Positions 48,006-61,257 of a DNA stretch of 64,000 nt are shown in pieces (positions within the stretch are counted from its first letter, which is position 1; each line of letters begins with the position of its first letter). The notes below the pieces were generated by a model, which was given only the letters and a program-made list of their open reading frames with translations, was not told the origin of the DNA and made no database searches. The position numbers and the translations under genes are program-made. This DNA is from Podarcis erhardii (Eukaryota). The DNA is taken from NCBI GenBank assembly GCA_964252035.1, contig OZ176205.1; one strand, given 5' to 3'.

Positions 48006-48939
48006 CTTCGTCTCTTTGTTGATTTCTTTGCGCGCGTCCAACTCAGGACCTCCTTCCAACTAGCGTGGAGCCAATCAAACCGAAGCACAACTTCATCCCG
48101 GCAAGCGGAAGGCTCGCAAGGAAAGGGGCTGACAGCATCAAGCCAATCGGCGTCAAAGACGGAACAAAAACTGAGTCACGACGACCAACTTCCTGGTTTC
48201 TTTTGGCGCCATTTTCGCACAGAGTTGAAATGAAATGTATCCATAGGGGCAGCGCAAAAAAGCTAGGATTTTAGCGTTAACTGCGATTGGGCAGTAAAAG
48301 CCCGCCCGTGCTGTTCCTAACATTTCGTGTAGAAAATGTGTAGCTTCAACCATTCACAACATCCCTGCAGTGTAGCGCACCGCGGATGTTGCAAGTTAGA
48401 AGTGGGGCTGTGGTCAAAAGCGAGTGAGTGAGAATGAATACAGTAGGGAACAACAAGGGGGTAGTTTACAGCACATTGCAACTATGTCTACTCCGAAGTA
48501 AGTCCTGCATAATTCAATGAGCCTCATTCAGATACGTAGGGTTATGATTCCAGCCCTTAGTATTGCTATCCTTCTACCTTCCGGACGCCACATGCAAATC
48601 GTGGGCAGAGAGCAATGAATACGAGTTTTACTTTGGTGCAGTAGGCTAGTTTTTACACACTCACACATCCCACCCTATCCAAGCCCAGAAATCATTTTCA
48701 GAGTACATTTTCGCCATGCAAAGCTGGGCTGGTGAACAGCTGGGTGAGCTAAGGAGATTGTGGGCCTGGGGAGAATGAGTGGGTTTGGATGCGGCGAAAG
48801 GCACTTGCAAAGACAGCTAGACCTACGCGCCACCCATAGAGGAAGGACCCCAGAGAGCAGGACGCGCCGGAAGCTGGCGAGTTGAACGACAAGGGAGATG
48901 GCGGTTCTCTAAGTAACTCGCAGGTGTCACTTCTCGAAG
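48006..48939. promoter_or_regulatory. Bidirectional MUTYH/TOE1 CpG promoter with candidate non-coding first exons
   Basis: Minus donor AAG|GTAGGG at 48005, CCAAT boxes, AP-1 TGAGTCA 48172-48178, YY1-like aaaatggcg, ETS ccggaag; plus donor AAG|GTAAGA at 48940. Confidence 0.55.
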
Positions 48940-49383
48940 GTAAGAGAAGATCTTTCGAAAGCACCTTCTGGGAGGAGGTATTGTGCTCAGCGGTTTCTTG
49001 TGCAGACGATGTGCATTCTCCTAAACGAGTTAGTGGCCAGGGACCAGGAAATGGTGGTGGAGCGGAGGTTTAAACTTGATCTCACCTATAACGTGCATGT
49101 TATGGATCATGTACTGATGACTTTTTACTGTTCCCGTTCTAGGTCTGGTTTGAGCTTTAACGAGATGAGGCATTTACTATACCTGGGGCTCTTGGGTTTT
49201 TTGCCATATAAAGCAGCGGTTCCTGTTCTCTCTTTTTTTCTGAGGTGTTGTTATTTTATATATGCAGGGAGCAATCTGTGGGTTCGGGTTTTTTTAATCA
49301 TTGGTATCCCCAAAGCAAAATTAACCATTGGATTGTAAAAGTTATGCATGTCTAATCTCTTGTGTCCCAACAGCTGCATAAGA

Positions 49384-49494
49384 ATGACTTCCTTGAAAGT
49401 GCCAGTCATCGATGTCCAGAATGATAATTTCAAAGAGCTCTGGCCATCCATGCTCTTGGCCATCAAAACATCTAGCTTTATCGCTATTGACACG
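49384..49494 (+). CDS. TOE1: TOE1 deadenylase first coding exon; join(49384..49494,49809..49849,50278..50374,50606..50764,51519..51778,53465..53639,54335..55111), 539 aa
   Basis: [37 protein letters not shown] (DEDD motif begins). Confidence 0.93.
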
Positions 49495-49808
49495 GTGGGT
49501 GGAGTTGCCCTTCTTTGTGATTTCTCAAAAAGGGTAGGGACGGGGACTGTAACTTTTATGGTAATTGGGTTGCTGTCTTTGCTAGGGAAAGCTGACATCA
49601 TTTTATTTAATTTTTCCATTGGTCTATCTACCTATTCTTTATACTACTTTCCAGGGTTTCAGACAGGAGTTTTCCAGCTCTGCATGGGAGACATCAGGGA
49701 TTAAACCTTGAACCTTGTACATGTAAAACTGTAACACTGAGCTACAACTTATTTTACATAACTTGTTCTACCATGGAGTGGAAATCTAATTGTTATCTTT
49801 GTCCATAG

Positions 49809-49849
49809 GAGCTTAGTGGGCTTGGAACAAGGAAGAGTTTGTTGAATCA
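49809..49849 (+). CDS. TOE1: TOE1 exon
   Basis: ELSGLGTRKSLLNQ; 41 nt. Confidence 0.94.
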
Positions 49850-50277
49850 GTAAGTAATGTGCTGCTTCTGTGTGAGTCCTGAAGCATGATGTTCTCATTC
49901 TTGTTGTTCTGAATTATTAGGTCCTTGAGTATGGACAGCATTGTGGAGTGTCTGCCGATACTTTCAGGAGTCTTTGTTTCCCCCAACTCAGTACCAGACA
50001 CTAGCTGAGTGGACCTATTGGGATTCACAGTGGAAGCAGTTCTTTGACTGTGTGGGTGTGGATGGCTTAAGATGTGCTTGCCCATTTGGAGTAATCAGTT
50101 CTTTGAGGGCAGGAAATATGCAAGCTGTGGGGAACAGGCCCACATGCTATTAATATGCTTCGAAATTCAGGCTGGTCTTGATCTTGAATGGAAAGGTGAA
50201 ATTTGTCATGTCAATAGGGAAGCTATGGTTCAGTGGTCTAAATTTCCTACTAAGCTGCCTGAGGCTTCTCCCCACAG

Positions 50278-50374
50278 GTGTATTGAAGAACGATACAAAT
50301 CTGTTTGCAGTGCTGCCAGAACACGCTCCATTTTGTCTCTAGGAATTGCTTGTTTCAAACATCTTCCTGATAAG
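50278..50374 (+). CDS. TOE1: TOE1 exon
   Basis: [32 protein letters not shown]. Confidence 0.96.
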
Positions 50375-50605
50375 GTATAGTGCTCATTGTCTGGCATTCA
50401 CCCTAATTCTACTGCTGAGTTAAGAATGTGTTGCTTATAAGAGGATGGTATATTGAAGGTTCAGTCTTCAATGCATAAAGTGATGCATAAAGTGACCAGT
50501 ATTGATTCTAGACACTAAAGTAAGTAGTTGTTGATTTCTAGGATGTTACTGTTTGCACTTTTTCTGTGCTGCTCTCAATTTCTTTGAACTGGCTTGTATT
50601 TGCAG

Positions 50606-50764
50606 TCAGAGAACACGTACCTCTCCCAGATCTACAACTTGACCCTGCTCTGTATGGAGGATTATATCATTGAACCACAGTCAGTTCAGTTCCTGGTGCA
50701 ACATGGCTTTGACTTCAACAAGCAGTATTCTCAGGGCATTCCTTATCACAGAGGCAATGACAAG
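50606..50764 (+). CDS. TOE1: TOE1 exon
   Basis: [20 protein letters not shown]...[11 protein letters not shown]. Confidence 0.96.
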
Positions 50765-51518
50765 GTATGGGGACTCTTTACTGTAAGGTATAAGTGAGGT
50801 GAGACCACAATGAGAAAGTAACTGGTTTCTTTCTTAATATCTGCTTGGCTTCGTTTGCATTTCACACTTCTTTTGCTAATCAAAATTATCCACATGTATT
50901 TTTAAAAAACCTTTATTAACATCAATTAACAACCCACAATGCATTTCACACTTCAGTGTCATGGGGCTGAATTGATGCTGCACCAACCTAGTCAAAGTAG
51001 TTCTGTGGAGCTTCTGTGGAGGAGTCAGTCTGCTAGCAGCTGGTTTCACCATTGAGCTGGAGGAGAACTGCCCTCACAGAAATAAGCTTGGGAACACATA
51101 CCAGGGCCTGAGCTGAAAGGGTGCGAAATGTCCTGCACTTTCATCTGACAGTTCTGGTAGATGAATAAAGCACCATCTCTGCCTAGAGTAAAGGAGAGAG
51201 TGGTGGTGGGCATCCTGCCTTTTCCAGGCTTTACCTCAGCGAAAACTAGGTGTGGTGGTTCTGCCCTAGAACCTGGGTCATGAATCCATAAGCAGTGGCA
51301 GAATTTGGGCTGTAGACCTGTACCATCAAAACAGGTGAAGGGAACTCCAGGGGATCAGTGCCACCCTCTTTTGCATTTACCTCTGCTGCCTTTGCCTGCA
51401 TTGACCGCCCAGCACTTCTGAGGCTCATCTTCATCCAGGCTGTTCCCATATCATAGAAACTAGTGCAGGCTTTGGAAATGAGGCCAGCTAACCTTATCCC
51501 CGCTTTGCTCTCTCACAG

Positions 51519-51778
51519 GGAAATGAAAACCACAGCCAGACTGTCCGTACTTTTTTCCTGGAACTGATCCGAGCCAAGAAGCCCCTCATTCTGCACAATG
51601 GCCTAATTGATTTGGTTTTCCTGTACCAGTGCTTTTATGCTCACCTTCCTGACAATTTGGGCACCTTCACTGCTGATCTTTCAGAGATGTTCCCAGCTGG
51701 AATCTATGACACCAAGTATGCTTCTGAGTTTGAGGCACGTTTTGTGGCTTCTTACCTAGAGTATGCCTACAAGAAATG
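51519..51778 (+). CDS. TOE1: TOE1 exon
   Basis: [22 protein letters not shown]...GIYDTKY...SYLEYAYKK. Confidence 0.96.
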
Positions 51779-53464
51779 GTAGGTATCTCTTGCCAGGTCA
51801 AGCTGTAAGCACCCTGACAAGGATTTTTGGGCCGAGATCCATCATAGCACAAGTGGACATTTGCCTGATCACATAATAAGGCTTTTCCTTCCTCCCCTCC
51901 CCCCTTCACCTCCCCATGTACTCCCAAAATCTACTCTGGAGATTTGAGGGACCAGGTTTTTGGAGCACATGGGTGTGGGAGGTAGAATAGAAATTGGAAG
52001 TTCCATTGCACAGGCTGATTTCTGTTGGGTAAGCAGGCATACATCATTGAATGCTGCTCCTGGGCTTTAAGTAACAAGAACACAACTGCTGGGTCCAAGG
52101 CTGCTGCTCTTCTATTTTTACCAGAACAGGGTCTGATTTGGGTATGGATGAGTAGGGTGGAGGACAAGAAGTATGAATACCATATCTAGTTAGTGACTTT
52201 GTTACTTTCCATATGGGTTATTCTATTTATGTGCATTTTGGGCAAATACTGTGATTCAGTTAAATCTTAATTGTGATTCAATTAATCCCCAGGCTCCACT
52301 ACAAACTCATAACTCCACATGCATGTACTTGCCTGCCATTTGTCTCAGGTTGTTTCCTTGCTACAGCTTTCAGCTGAAATTCTTTATGAGTTCAAATTAT
52401 TATTATTACTAAGTTTGTATTCTGCCCTATACCTGTAGATCTCAGGGTGGTTCACAACATAAAATTACAATATAAAAGACACAAAATACATGATAGAAAT
52501 ATGAACAAAAACAAACCAATAATCACCTCTTCCACAACCCATTTTAAAGGGCATCGGATGTCAATCGGCCAAAGGCCTGGTTGAAGAGGAACGTTTTCAC
52601 CTGGTGCCTAAAGATGTATAATGAAAATGAGTTGCATTTCTTTTTACTGCTTAGGAGACTGAAATCTCCTATTTGATACTAGAGCTTGGATTCTAAGTAT
52701 TTTACTTAATTCCAGTCCACAAAATTTTGACTGGCCTTGGCAGTTAGCCATAATTTATGGTCTCCACAAACTCTGCTCTGTTGGCACATGCAGAGGACCC
52801 AAGAGATGAAGGGTCAGTCACATTCCATGCTGTGCCTTTAAAACATTAAAATACAGCAAGAAGGATTCTCACTCAATTTTCAGTATCTTCAAAATGTGGC
52901 ATGAAGAAAAAGTTATTTGCATATATCAGAAGACTTGAAAAAGAGACTGCAACTGTCTCGTCTGCCTAATGTGGTAGAAGATGGCTTCTGCCTTAAGTTC
53001 TCTGTGGCAGCAGAATGAAGGGGTAGGGTTTTTCATGTTGTCCTTGGCTACTAGCAGATGAAACTAGTAGAAATGTGTGGAACTGACTAAACAACTCCTC
53101 AGGTTTTCTCTTCCCTTTTCTCTGTTTCCCCACTCCCTGATTCTAATAATCAGATGAGAGGTTTGCCTTCTGCTTAGAGAAAAGTACTAGTTTGGGAAGA
53201 TGCTCATACCCTGTTATGGTGTCCCAGGTATCTGGCAGTCAGGGGAACAAGCAGTTGTGCTGATAGCATTTTTATGTGTCTCTGCTTCTCTTCTAAAAGG
53301 CAACGCTATGTATCTTTTATATTCTTATTTCCGCTTTAGCTCATTTTTCTACATTCAGGGGGCTTTCCTATGAGTACATAGAGGAGCCTGTCCTGAAGGG
53401 CAGTTGATCTCCTTGCTCTGACACAGCCTCTGTTCCAGGTTCTAATGCTATTCTTGCCTTCCAG

Positions 53465-53639
53465 CAAGCGAGAAAACTACAGGTTGAAGAATTCAGAAAA
53501 GCAGCACCTCAGCATAGAGTTCTGCAACTACCCAGACAGCATAGCTTCCTACATCGATTATCGCTTCTGTTCCCTATCAGATGCCAGCCAGTCTGGGCTT
53601 GACCCTGCAAACAAAGTCACCATCTGTCAGACATTTTCT
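53465..53639 (+). CDS. TOE1: TOE1 exon
   Basis: KRENYRLKNSEKQHLSIEFCNYP...TICQTFS. Confidence 0.94.
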
Positions 53640-54132
53640 GTAAGTATTACTTCTGTCTCCCTTCTATCTTGAAAGTTTGTCAAATACTAAATTGTAAATA
53701 GTTCATTCAGTGTGGTGGATATTCTCAGATAGGGACTATGAGGACAAGCTGTCTAGGATGAGAGACAGGCTCTTTGGCTGGATGTGTGTTTGGCAGTGGG
53801 AGGCAAATGCTCGTGCTGGTATTATGGTCAATTTTAAAGCATGGTACCTCTTTCTGCAGCTTTCTGATAAAAATGGAGAGGTGCTACCTTTTAATAATGA
53901 GGGTATCTGGGAGCTTACTAGAGAACACAAGAGACCTGCTGGGTCAGGCTAAAGGTCCATTTAGTCCAGTATATTTTCCCAACAGTGGCCCAGCCCAGAA
54001 GCCTGCAAGTAATACATGAGGTTTGGATGATCCAGAATAGTCTTTTAATATTGCTATTTTCCGGTTAATTAGCATGGCACAATCTCACAAATGTGATAAA
54101 TATCCAGAAGTTAATGCTGAAAGTTGCTCTAG

Positions 54133-54268
54133 GGCAGCATTTCTCAAATTTGGGTCCCCAGCTGTTGGACTACAACTCCCATCATCCCTGGCCACTGGTT
54201 CTGCTAGCTAGGGATGATGGGAGCTGTAGTCCAACAACAGCTGGAGACCCAAGTTTGAGAATCACTGC
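54133..54268. mobile_element. Palindromic hAT-type MITE
   Basis: cagcatttctcaaa / tttgagaatcactg ends, internal palindrome, near-perfect 8-bp TSD ctctaggg/ctgtaggg. Confidence 0.7.
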
Positions 54269-54334
54269 TGTAGGGTATCTAAGATCCAGTGATATTTTCT
54301 CAAGTGTGCTAATGATTCTCACTCTCCCCTGTAG

Positions 54335-55111
54335 GCCTATGGCTGGTGCCCAGATGGATTGAAGTGTTCACAGTCTCACAACATTGACCTAATAATTAAT
54401 GAAGATGAGAACCACAAAGAGGACAAGCGGAAGAAAAGAAAGCAGAAGTGGAAGCATCGGAAGAATTTTGTAGAGCCCTCAAAGGAACCTGTGTTGAGAA
54501 GCCCTGAGAAGGAAGGAGAGGCGGCTTGCAATATGGAAGACGGTCCCCCATCCAAGCAGTCCTGTTTAAGCAACATGGTTGCTCCTACTGTAGATTCTGC
54601 AGGCACAGAAACTGTATCCAGTAATGAGGAGAGTTCTATGGATGTGGAACGAGAACTAGGCTCTGACACGACAACTGATACCAAGATGGATGAGGAACAA
54701 GCCAGTGCCACAGACAATGAGGGCATCACTTTATCACCATCCAAAGATGGGCCACAACAAAGGGCAGCAGGGACTGAAGGATCAGGACCAGAAGTCCAGA
54801 TAGAGTGTGCTTCTGTAGTGACGGCTTTGTCTGGCACCCAGAACCCAGTGGCACCAGTGCCTGGCTGTTCAGAGGGTGGTATTCACCGGGCTGGCTTTGA
54901 TGCCTTCATGACAGGTTACATTATTGCCTACGTCCATATGCTCAAAAATGATGAACACAAAGACTCAAGTGAAGGGCCTTGGTTGCCGGACTGCCATAAC
55001 AAAGTGTACCTCAGTGGGAAGTCTGTCCCCCTTCAGATAGTGAAAAGTTTGTTTTCTAAATCCTCCAAAGCTCACAGCCAGAAGATGAAATTGGCTTGGG
55101 CTAGTAAGTAG
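54335..55111 (+). CDS. TOE1: TOE1 last exon (C3H zinc finger end, basic NLS, final DEDD Asp)
   Basis: AYGWCPDGLKCSQSH, KRKKRKQKWKHRK, HRAGFDAFMTGY, HNKVYLSGK, KMKLAWASK*. Confidence 0.96.
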   Translation, partial: AYGWCPDGLKCSQSHNIDLIINEDENHKEDKRKKRKQKWKHRKNFVEPSKEPVLRSPEKEGEAACNMEDGPPSKQSCLSNMVAPTVDSAGTETVSSNEESSMDVERELGSDTTTDTKMDEEQASATDNEGITLSPSKDGPQQRAAGTEGSGPEVQIECASVVTALSGTQNPVAPVPGCSEGGIHRAGFDAFMTGYIIAYVHMLKNDEHKDSSEGPWLPDCHNKVYLSGKSVPLQIVKSLFSKSSKAHSQKMKLAWASK

Positions 55112-55559
55112 AGCTGGGAACCCTCCTACTTGGGACTTTACATAAGAGCTGTTGAAAATAGCAGCAGCTTCTACCCACAGTCATCAAACAAAAACAGCAG
55201 ACTGTGACTTTATTTTTAAACATCTGCACAATTAAATTACTCTGTACAGTACTAGAATTTCTCTTTTTGTTTGTTAAAGGTAGAGCCTTTATGTAAACAG
55301 GACCAGGCAACTGTCTTAAACATGGGAGAGCTATGAGGAGCCCTAATTTATAGCATATTAATTTAATCCACTCATTCAAACCACCAGCATGAGAACCAGA
55401 AGCTTATTTTTGTAACGACCATGGAGACCACTTCTTCTCTTGCATACAAAGACCAAACAGCTTCCATATATAAGTAACAATATTTATAGCAGTATAAAAC
55501 CTTGTATCTATGCAGTATTTGTGCATTTTAAATTTCAGATCAGAGCCTGTTGGGGATTA

Positions 55560-55759
55560 CAGTCATACCTCGTGCTAAGTTTGCTTCACGTTGCGGCTTT
55601 TCAGGTTATGAACATGGCAAACCCAGAAGCGTTTACTTCCGGGTTCGCCACGCGCAGAAGCGCTTTGCACATGTGCAGTAGCGGCGCTCTACTTAGGGAC
55701 TTTTCGGGGTGCGAACAGCACCCCGAAACGGATCGTGTTTGTAAGTAGAGGAACCACTA
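55560..55759. mobile_element. Tigger-like MITE (degenerate)
   Basis: ta|cagtcatacctc...gaggaaccacta ends. Confidence 0.5.
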
Positions 55760-58700
55760 TATATTGGTAAGTATGCACCAGCATACTTACCAAACTAGAT
55801 ACAGTATTGTGTAAATTCCATTAAAGTGCATATTCAAAAAGATGCAAATTGCAGAGGGAGGAATGGGAGAAGGAACAACATTCAGACTCCAGGGTATGTG
55901 GCAGTGGGGGTGCTTTCATCCCACCCTGCTGCTTGTGCCCACCATTTGCATATTTTAAAATGCACATGGTAGTCATATAATTAAGCTCATTGTTTTGATG
56001 ATTGAGTCTTTGGATGGGTTGGGAAAGTAGTTAACTAAAGTTTTATGGGTCTCATCAGTGCCTAGTACAAGGCATGTGCAGAAAACCTAGTAAAAGACTC
56101 TGCTCCTTAAAGTAACTTAAGACATTCTTGAGGTTCAGCAGGTCTGTTTTGAACAAGGCACCAACAGTACAACAACATACCTTTTGCAGACTTGCTGTTG
56201 CTCATATCACCTTTTATGAAATATTTCATTGTATCCAACTAAATAATTGTGTGCACTGAATGACTTCCACAAGTGCAACAGTGTTCCCTTTCTTCCCATT
56301 GCATGCCCCCCATGTGCTCTTGACATTTCTGCAACCTGGCAGTGTGTGCAATATATATATGATTTGGTTAGATGCGGCCTATTCTTTTCTGTAACAATAA
56401 TGGTGAAATCGATTCACAAATGCTACCTTTAAAGTCACATTTGGCATTAGTAGAGGGGAAATGTGCCCAGCCAACTAATGCTGTTACAGCTGAGGTTTAA
56501 TCTCTTGCTGGCTGCCTTTACTTATAAAAGGCTTTTAATCTTACTCAACTTTGTCACCACTAGTTTTAGCAGGGAAAGAAAACAGTCTGTTTTGTTAATA
56601 CTCTCTTTCTCAGGCCAAATAATCCTTCCACCAATTAGTTGCAAAGACAGTGGCCTCCCCATACTGTGGTAGTTTGGCCCTCTGACCAATCTAATCTCAG
56701 TAGAAGTATAGTATGCCCAAGTATCAGCTGCGCACAAACTTCCTTTTTGTGAACAAGCAGAAAGCCTTGGTTGATCATAGTGCTTGGTTATGCCCAAATG
56801 GCTTCCAAACAAGCCAAAATATGGAGTTAAAGGTTTTAAGTTTGCTTATATATCTTAGCTTGTTTGGCAGCTATTAACCATTTGTTCATAGTGGAAACCA
56901 TGCTTAACTAGGATTTCCTGGCTTGTTTCACAGCTCACACAAAGGGAGGAGCAAAGCTTCCATGTGTGGGTGCCTGACACTCCTGCATATTGCAGCTTAG
57001 AATTTATTGTCATAGCACAATTATCAAGCAAACTTGGTATACAACTAAATCAGTACAGCAGGTGTGAGAAACCTGTCGCTCTCCAGATGTTACTGAACTA
57101 CAACTCCCATCAGCCCCCACAAGTGTTGCCAGTGATGACAGTTCATCAACATCTGAAGAGCCAAAGGCTCCCCACATCTGCAGTACAGATCAGCCATAAG
57201 TTCTAAATCTATCCAGTATTTCTTACTGTTCCCCCCACTCAAATATATTTATACATTAAGCTTCTCTATCTTTTTCTTCCGCTTGAATTTATTTTGCTTT
57301 TGCTTTTCTAACTTCTGTTTTCTGCTTCTAACACTGATGGTACATTTTAATTCACTGGTTGCCACTTATTGCTAATATTCCTAATTGATGGTGATCTGTG
57401 GGTTTCAGCTACAAAGGAGTTGTATGGGGAAAAGAGCAGAACATATTAATCTACCACTTTTGCCTGAACTGGTGCCATAACGCCCACTGCCAACACTGGT
57501 GTACTATATAGCCTTTTGGGCTAGTCCTGCATGTGTTACAAGAGGTTGTTATAGCTGCTAGTCCTCAGAAGTCCTGTTCACATAAGTAGCGGAGCCAAGC
57601 ATTCAGGACAATTATAGAAGTATTTAATATAACTTGATTTGTTGACATAAGATGTTGTGATGACTACTGGGTTAAATGACTAAAAAAAGATTATACCAAA
57701 TACATGAAATAGGCCAGAAGCAGTATGCGCCTGAATACCTGTTGTGTTGGGGAGGATACTGTTTATGCATTGCTTCTTGATTTTATGGAAATGTGACTTG
57801 ACCACTGTGGGAAACAGAATGATGACACTTTAGTTCAAAGCACAGCTTGGATGAAAGATCAGGACAAAAGTGGGGGGTGTATTTTCTAAGCCGCGTACTG
57901 TTGGGTACTTGGAAATAGAAACAGCTTCTTTGGGGGGGGGGGGAATCTGAATTCCACACAACAAATAAATTGTAACTGTGTCTTTGTAGCATGAAATACT
58001 ATAAAAGGAACCTCTGTGAAATCAGACATTTACCAAAGAAGCAGACTATCGCATCCCTTAAAAGTTGCACAAGAAATGCAACTGTTTCACTGGATTTCAT
58101 ACTGCTCAAGCATTATTCTCGCCCTTATGCTAGCGCAGCAGCTCTTGCTTTGGCGGTCAGAGGATGCTGAATCCAGGCTAGAGCTTTCTTCCTTAGCTCT
58201 GTCTTTTCAACCACAAAAGTAGATTTATTTGTTTTTATTCTGAAAGCAAATTGGGAAACAGTTTACAAAAACTGACAAAGAAAACATTCAAATACTTGAA
58301 TCTAGATTCATCTTTGGTTACTTATTTCAGTTCCAGTAAAACATACTGCTGCTGTAGTTCAGGAAAAAAGTCAGACCAAGTAAAACATAAAAACCAATAT
58401 TTGCCTTCTTTACACATCCATAAATATCTGCAGTATTAGAAAAATGTTTCGTAAAGATTCTTTTCTGGCAGTGTTAAATTATACACAGGCTACAGACTTT
58501 TTTCCTAAGATTTAATGACAAAGTTTAGCTATTTACAGACTGCAAATATTAAGACATAAAATTCCTTCATAAATATGAAAATAGACCTTGCAAAGATCTT
58601 TAAACCTTAATCAAATATTTGGCTGCCCCCAAAGGTTATTTTTGCATAGAAATGTAGTGACATGCAGTATAAACAGCAGCATTAAGTGCAAAGAGGAATT

Positions 58701-61257
58701 ATTCAAGTGTCTGTAGTTAAACTGGCAAGAAACACCAGTGTTCTTCGACAAGATACAGCAACCAAGAATAACCTATCATACTCCTGTCTTCTGCTGGGGT
58801 AGCAATTTGTTACATACAATTATACACAGTCATCTTTCACCAATCAGTCACAAGTATTGCTGCTATTACGTGTTTAATAAATGTAACATAGAAAGATTGA
58901 GTGAATTAAAAACAGATTGGGGATCTTAGATGGGTCTGCAGGTCGCTTGTAAGAAAGCAAGATGCATCTGTCAGCAAATCAAAAACATGATAAAAGCAAA
59001 ATTCACTATTGTATTTGTACAAAGCACTGCCACTGTCTTGCCACAATCTGTATTCATTACAGCTAATGGCCAACAGCTGCTCTGCAATACTGGCTCTAGA
59101 CTGCATACCCAGAAGGCCTTATGGCCAGGGGCTCTTACATGTTGTAAAAGTGGATAGCATACATTTAATTTTAGCCACACAATGACCAAGGAATTGGCTT
59201 CCACCAAGCTCCTTCAAAAAGAACTCCATTACAGTGTGGGCTGGAGAAATGTCATGCTTTCTGTACCAGGATAAGAGACTAAAGCCTTGCACTAGCATTC
59301 TGCTAAGAATGCAGAGCAACCATATAAGCAGCGACCCTCTCCCCCAGCTCAAGAAAGAATACCACATCTGACAGGTTGTTTGCAGAAAAACTGCATGAAA
59401 GCAGGAAAAACATAGATGAAGCAAAATTAGAGAGGCCACTTGTTTAAATCTTCACAAAACAGTAAGAACACAAGTCAAACATCTAAAGGCTACAGGGTGC
59501 TAGGAGCTCACACATCAACCACAGACCAGAGAAGGCAGAAGTATGGACTCCTTTCATGGCCTCTAAAGCAGACTCCAGTGCTCAGTTCTTTCAGTATCCA
59601 TGCACTGATCAAGAGTAAATGCTTCTTCCTTGGAGGAAGAAAAGGTTACTATATCCTAAGTGTGCAGTGAGATGGTAACACATTTATTTTTCACTGTCTT
59701 TAAAAAAATGCATGCAAAAAAATAGCTGTGGGGAGTTCTCTGGAAGGAACTTGACAAGGGCTCCTATATAAATAAGCATAGATTGCAAAAAGATGTTACT
59801 GCTGTTAAGGTTGCAACAAGCAACTCTTGGGCAAAATATTGTTACCTGCTTTTCAAATATTTCCATATCTGTGATCCCCAAGTTATTGCTTGATACTTTT
59901 TGTGGACTTTCACTGTTTTTATGGTTCCTTTTTGAGGGGTTAATAAGATAGGACATCTACACACATCAGGAAGCAGCACTGCTTTTTTATTTCTTCCCCA
60001 CAGGGGAGTTCTCATTAGCCTATTATATTAAAATAAGGGACTAGAGTCAAGACTTGGGACTCCAATCCCTCTTATTCAGCACCTACTAACTTCTCTCAAC
60101 TTTGAGCATTGTGCTGGACTTGATACTCAGAAAGAGAGACCAGTAAGGACTGGAAGTACTATTTCTGCAGCTACAGTCAGAGTCTAGTGAACAAGCATCC
60201 CTCTTCCAATGGAGGAATCTCAGGTGAGGAACTTTTAAGTTATACAAAATGCAAATACAGACCAAGTTTCCATATGTGCACACATCTGTTCAGAGTGTGT
60301 GACTGACCCACATGGAGAGGCTAATTGAAGAGTTGCACAAAGAGCTGGACAGAGCTGGATTTTAAGAGAATGCTGAGGCGGAAGGGCTGGCTTATTTTTT
60401 AAGAGCTCTCATGTCAAACACTTGGATGGTTATACACTTAATTTCTTCTACAATGTAAAATTGGAGATACTGAATAGTTATAAACACACAGCTGTTCATC
60501 CTCTTTGTGCACTTCAAATTTACTGAATAGGCATTTGGTTGCACAGCACCTCTTATTGCTTAAGGAAAATGGGATCGACCTCTTTCTTGGTCATGGTATT
60601 AAGGTGACCAAAGCAAGTAATAATTGGACAAGGAATGCTTGAAGTAGGAATCTGAGCTGTTTGCTTCCAGTGTTTGAAACTGGATTGGAAGAGGTAGGAA
60701 ATTTAGCTCCAGCAGTCAAGTCTGACTTTCTTCAGCGGAAGTTTGGGTTTCAGGCCAGCACTATGAACCTGTCATTATAACAGAGGTGCAGGATGCTACC
60801 ACCTTATCTATCTATGTAGTCCCAGCATTGCCAGTTTCCATCTTGTTATACTCAATAAGAGGTCATTTATACCTGCTCAGCAGCTCCCAAGAAGGGACAC
60901 AAGGTTTTATAGATTTTTTTTAAGGATGCTGCCCAGTTTAGAAGAATTTCTTCAATGGGATCTAAGTTGTGTACACAGACAGAAAATGGCTTCTAAGTAG
61001 AGGCAAGCCTAGGATCCCAAATTTATGGCCCTGCATTGATCCAGGCATTCCATGGAGATATTGTTCTCCCCTTCTGCCTGCAGTAGCTGCCTCCTGAGGT
61101 GCAGTAAGGGATTATTATCTCTCACACACTGACATACATGCTGTCTCTCCAAATAGACTGGTCTGGTTGCTACACTTTGCTAGAGTATTCTGAAATAAAA
61201 AATTAAAAAAGCAAAGAAGTTGGGAGGAATATGCCACCATGGTATCATGGCTGAACT

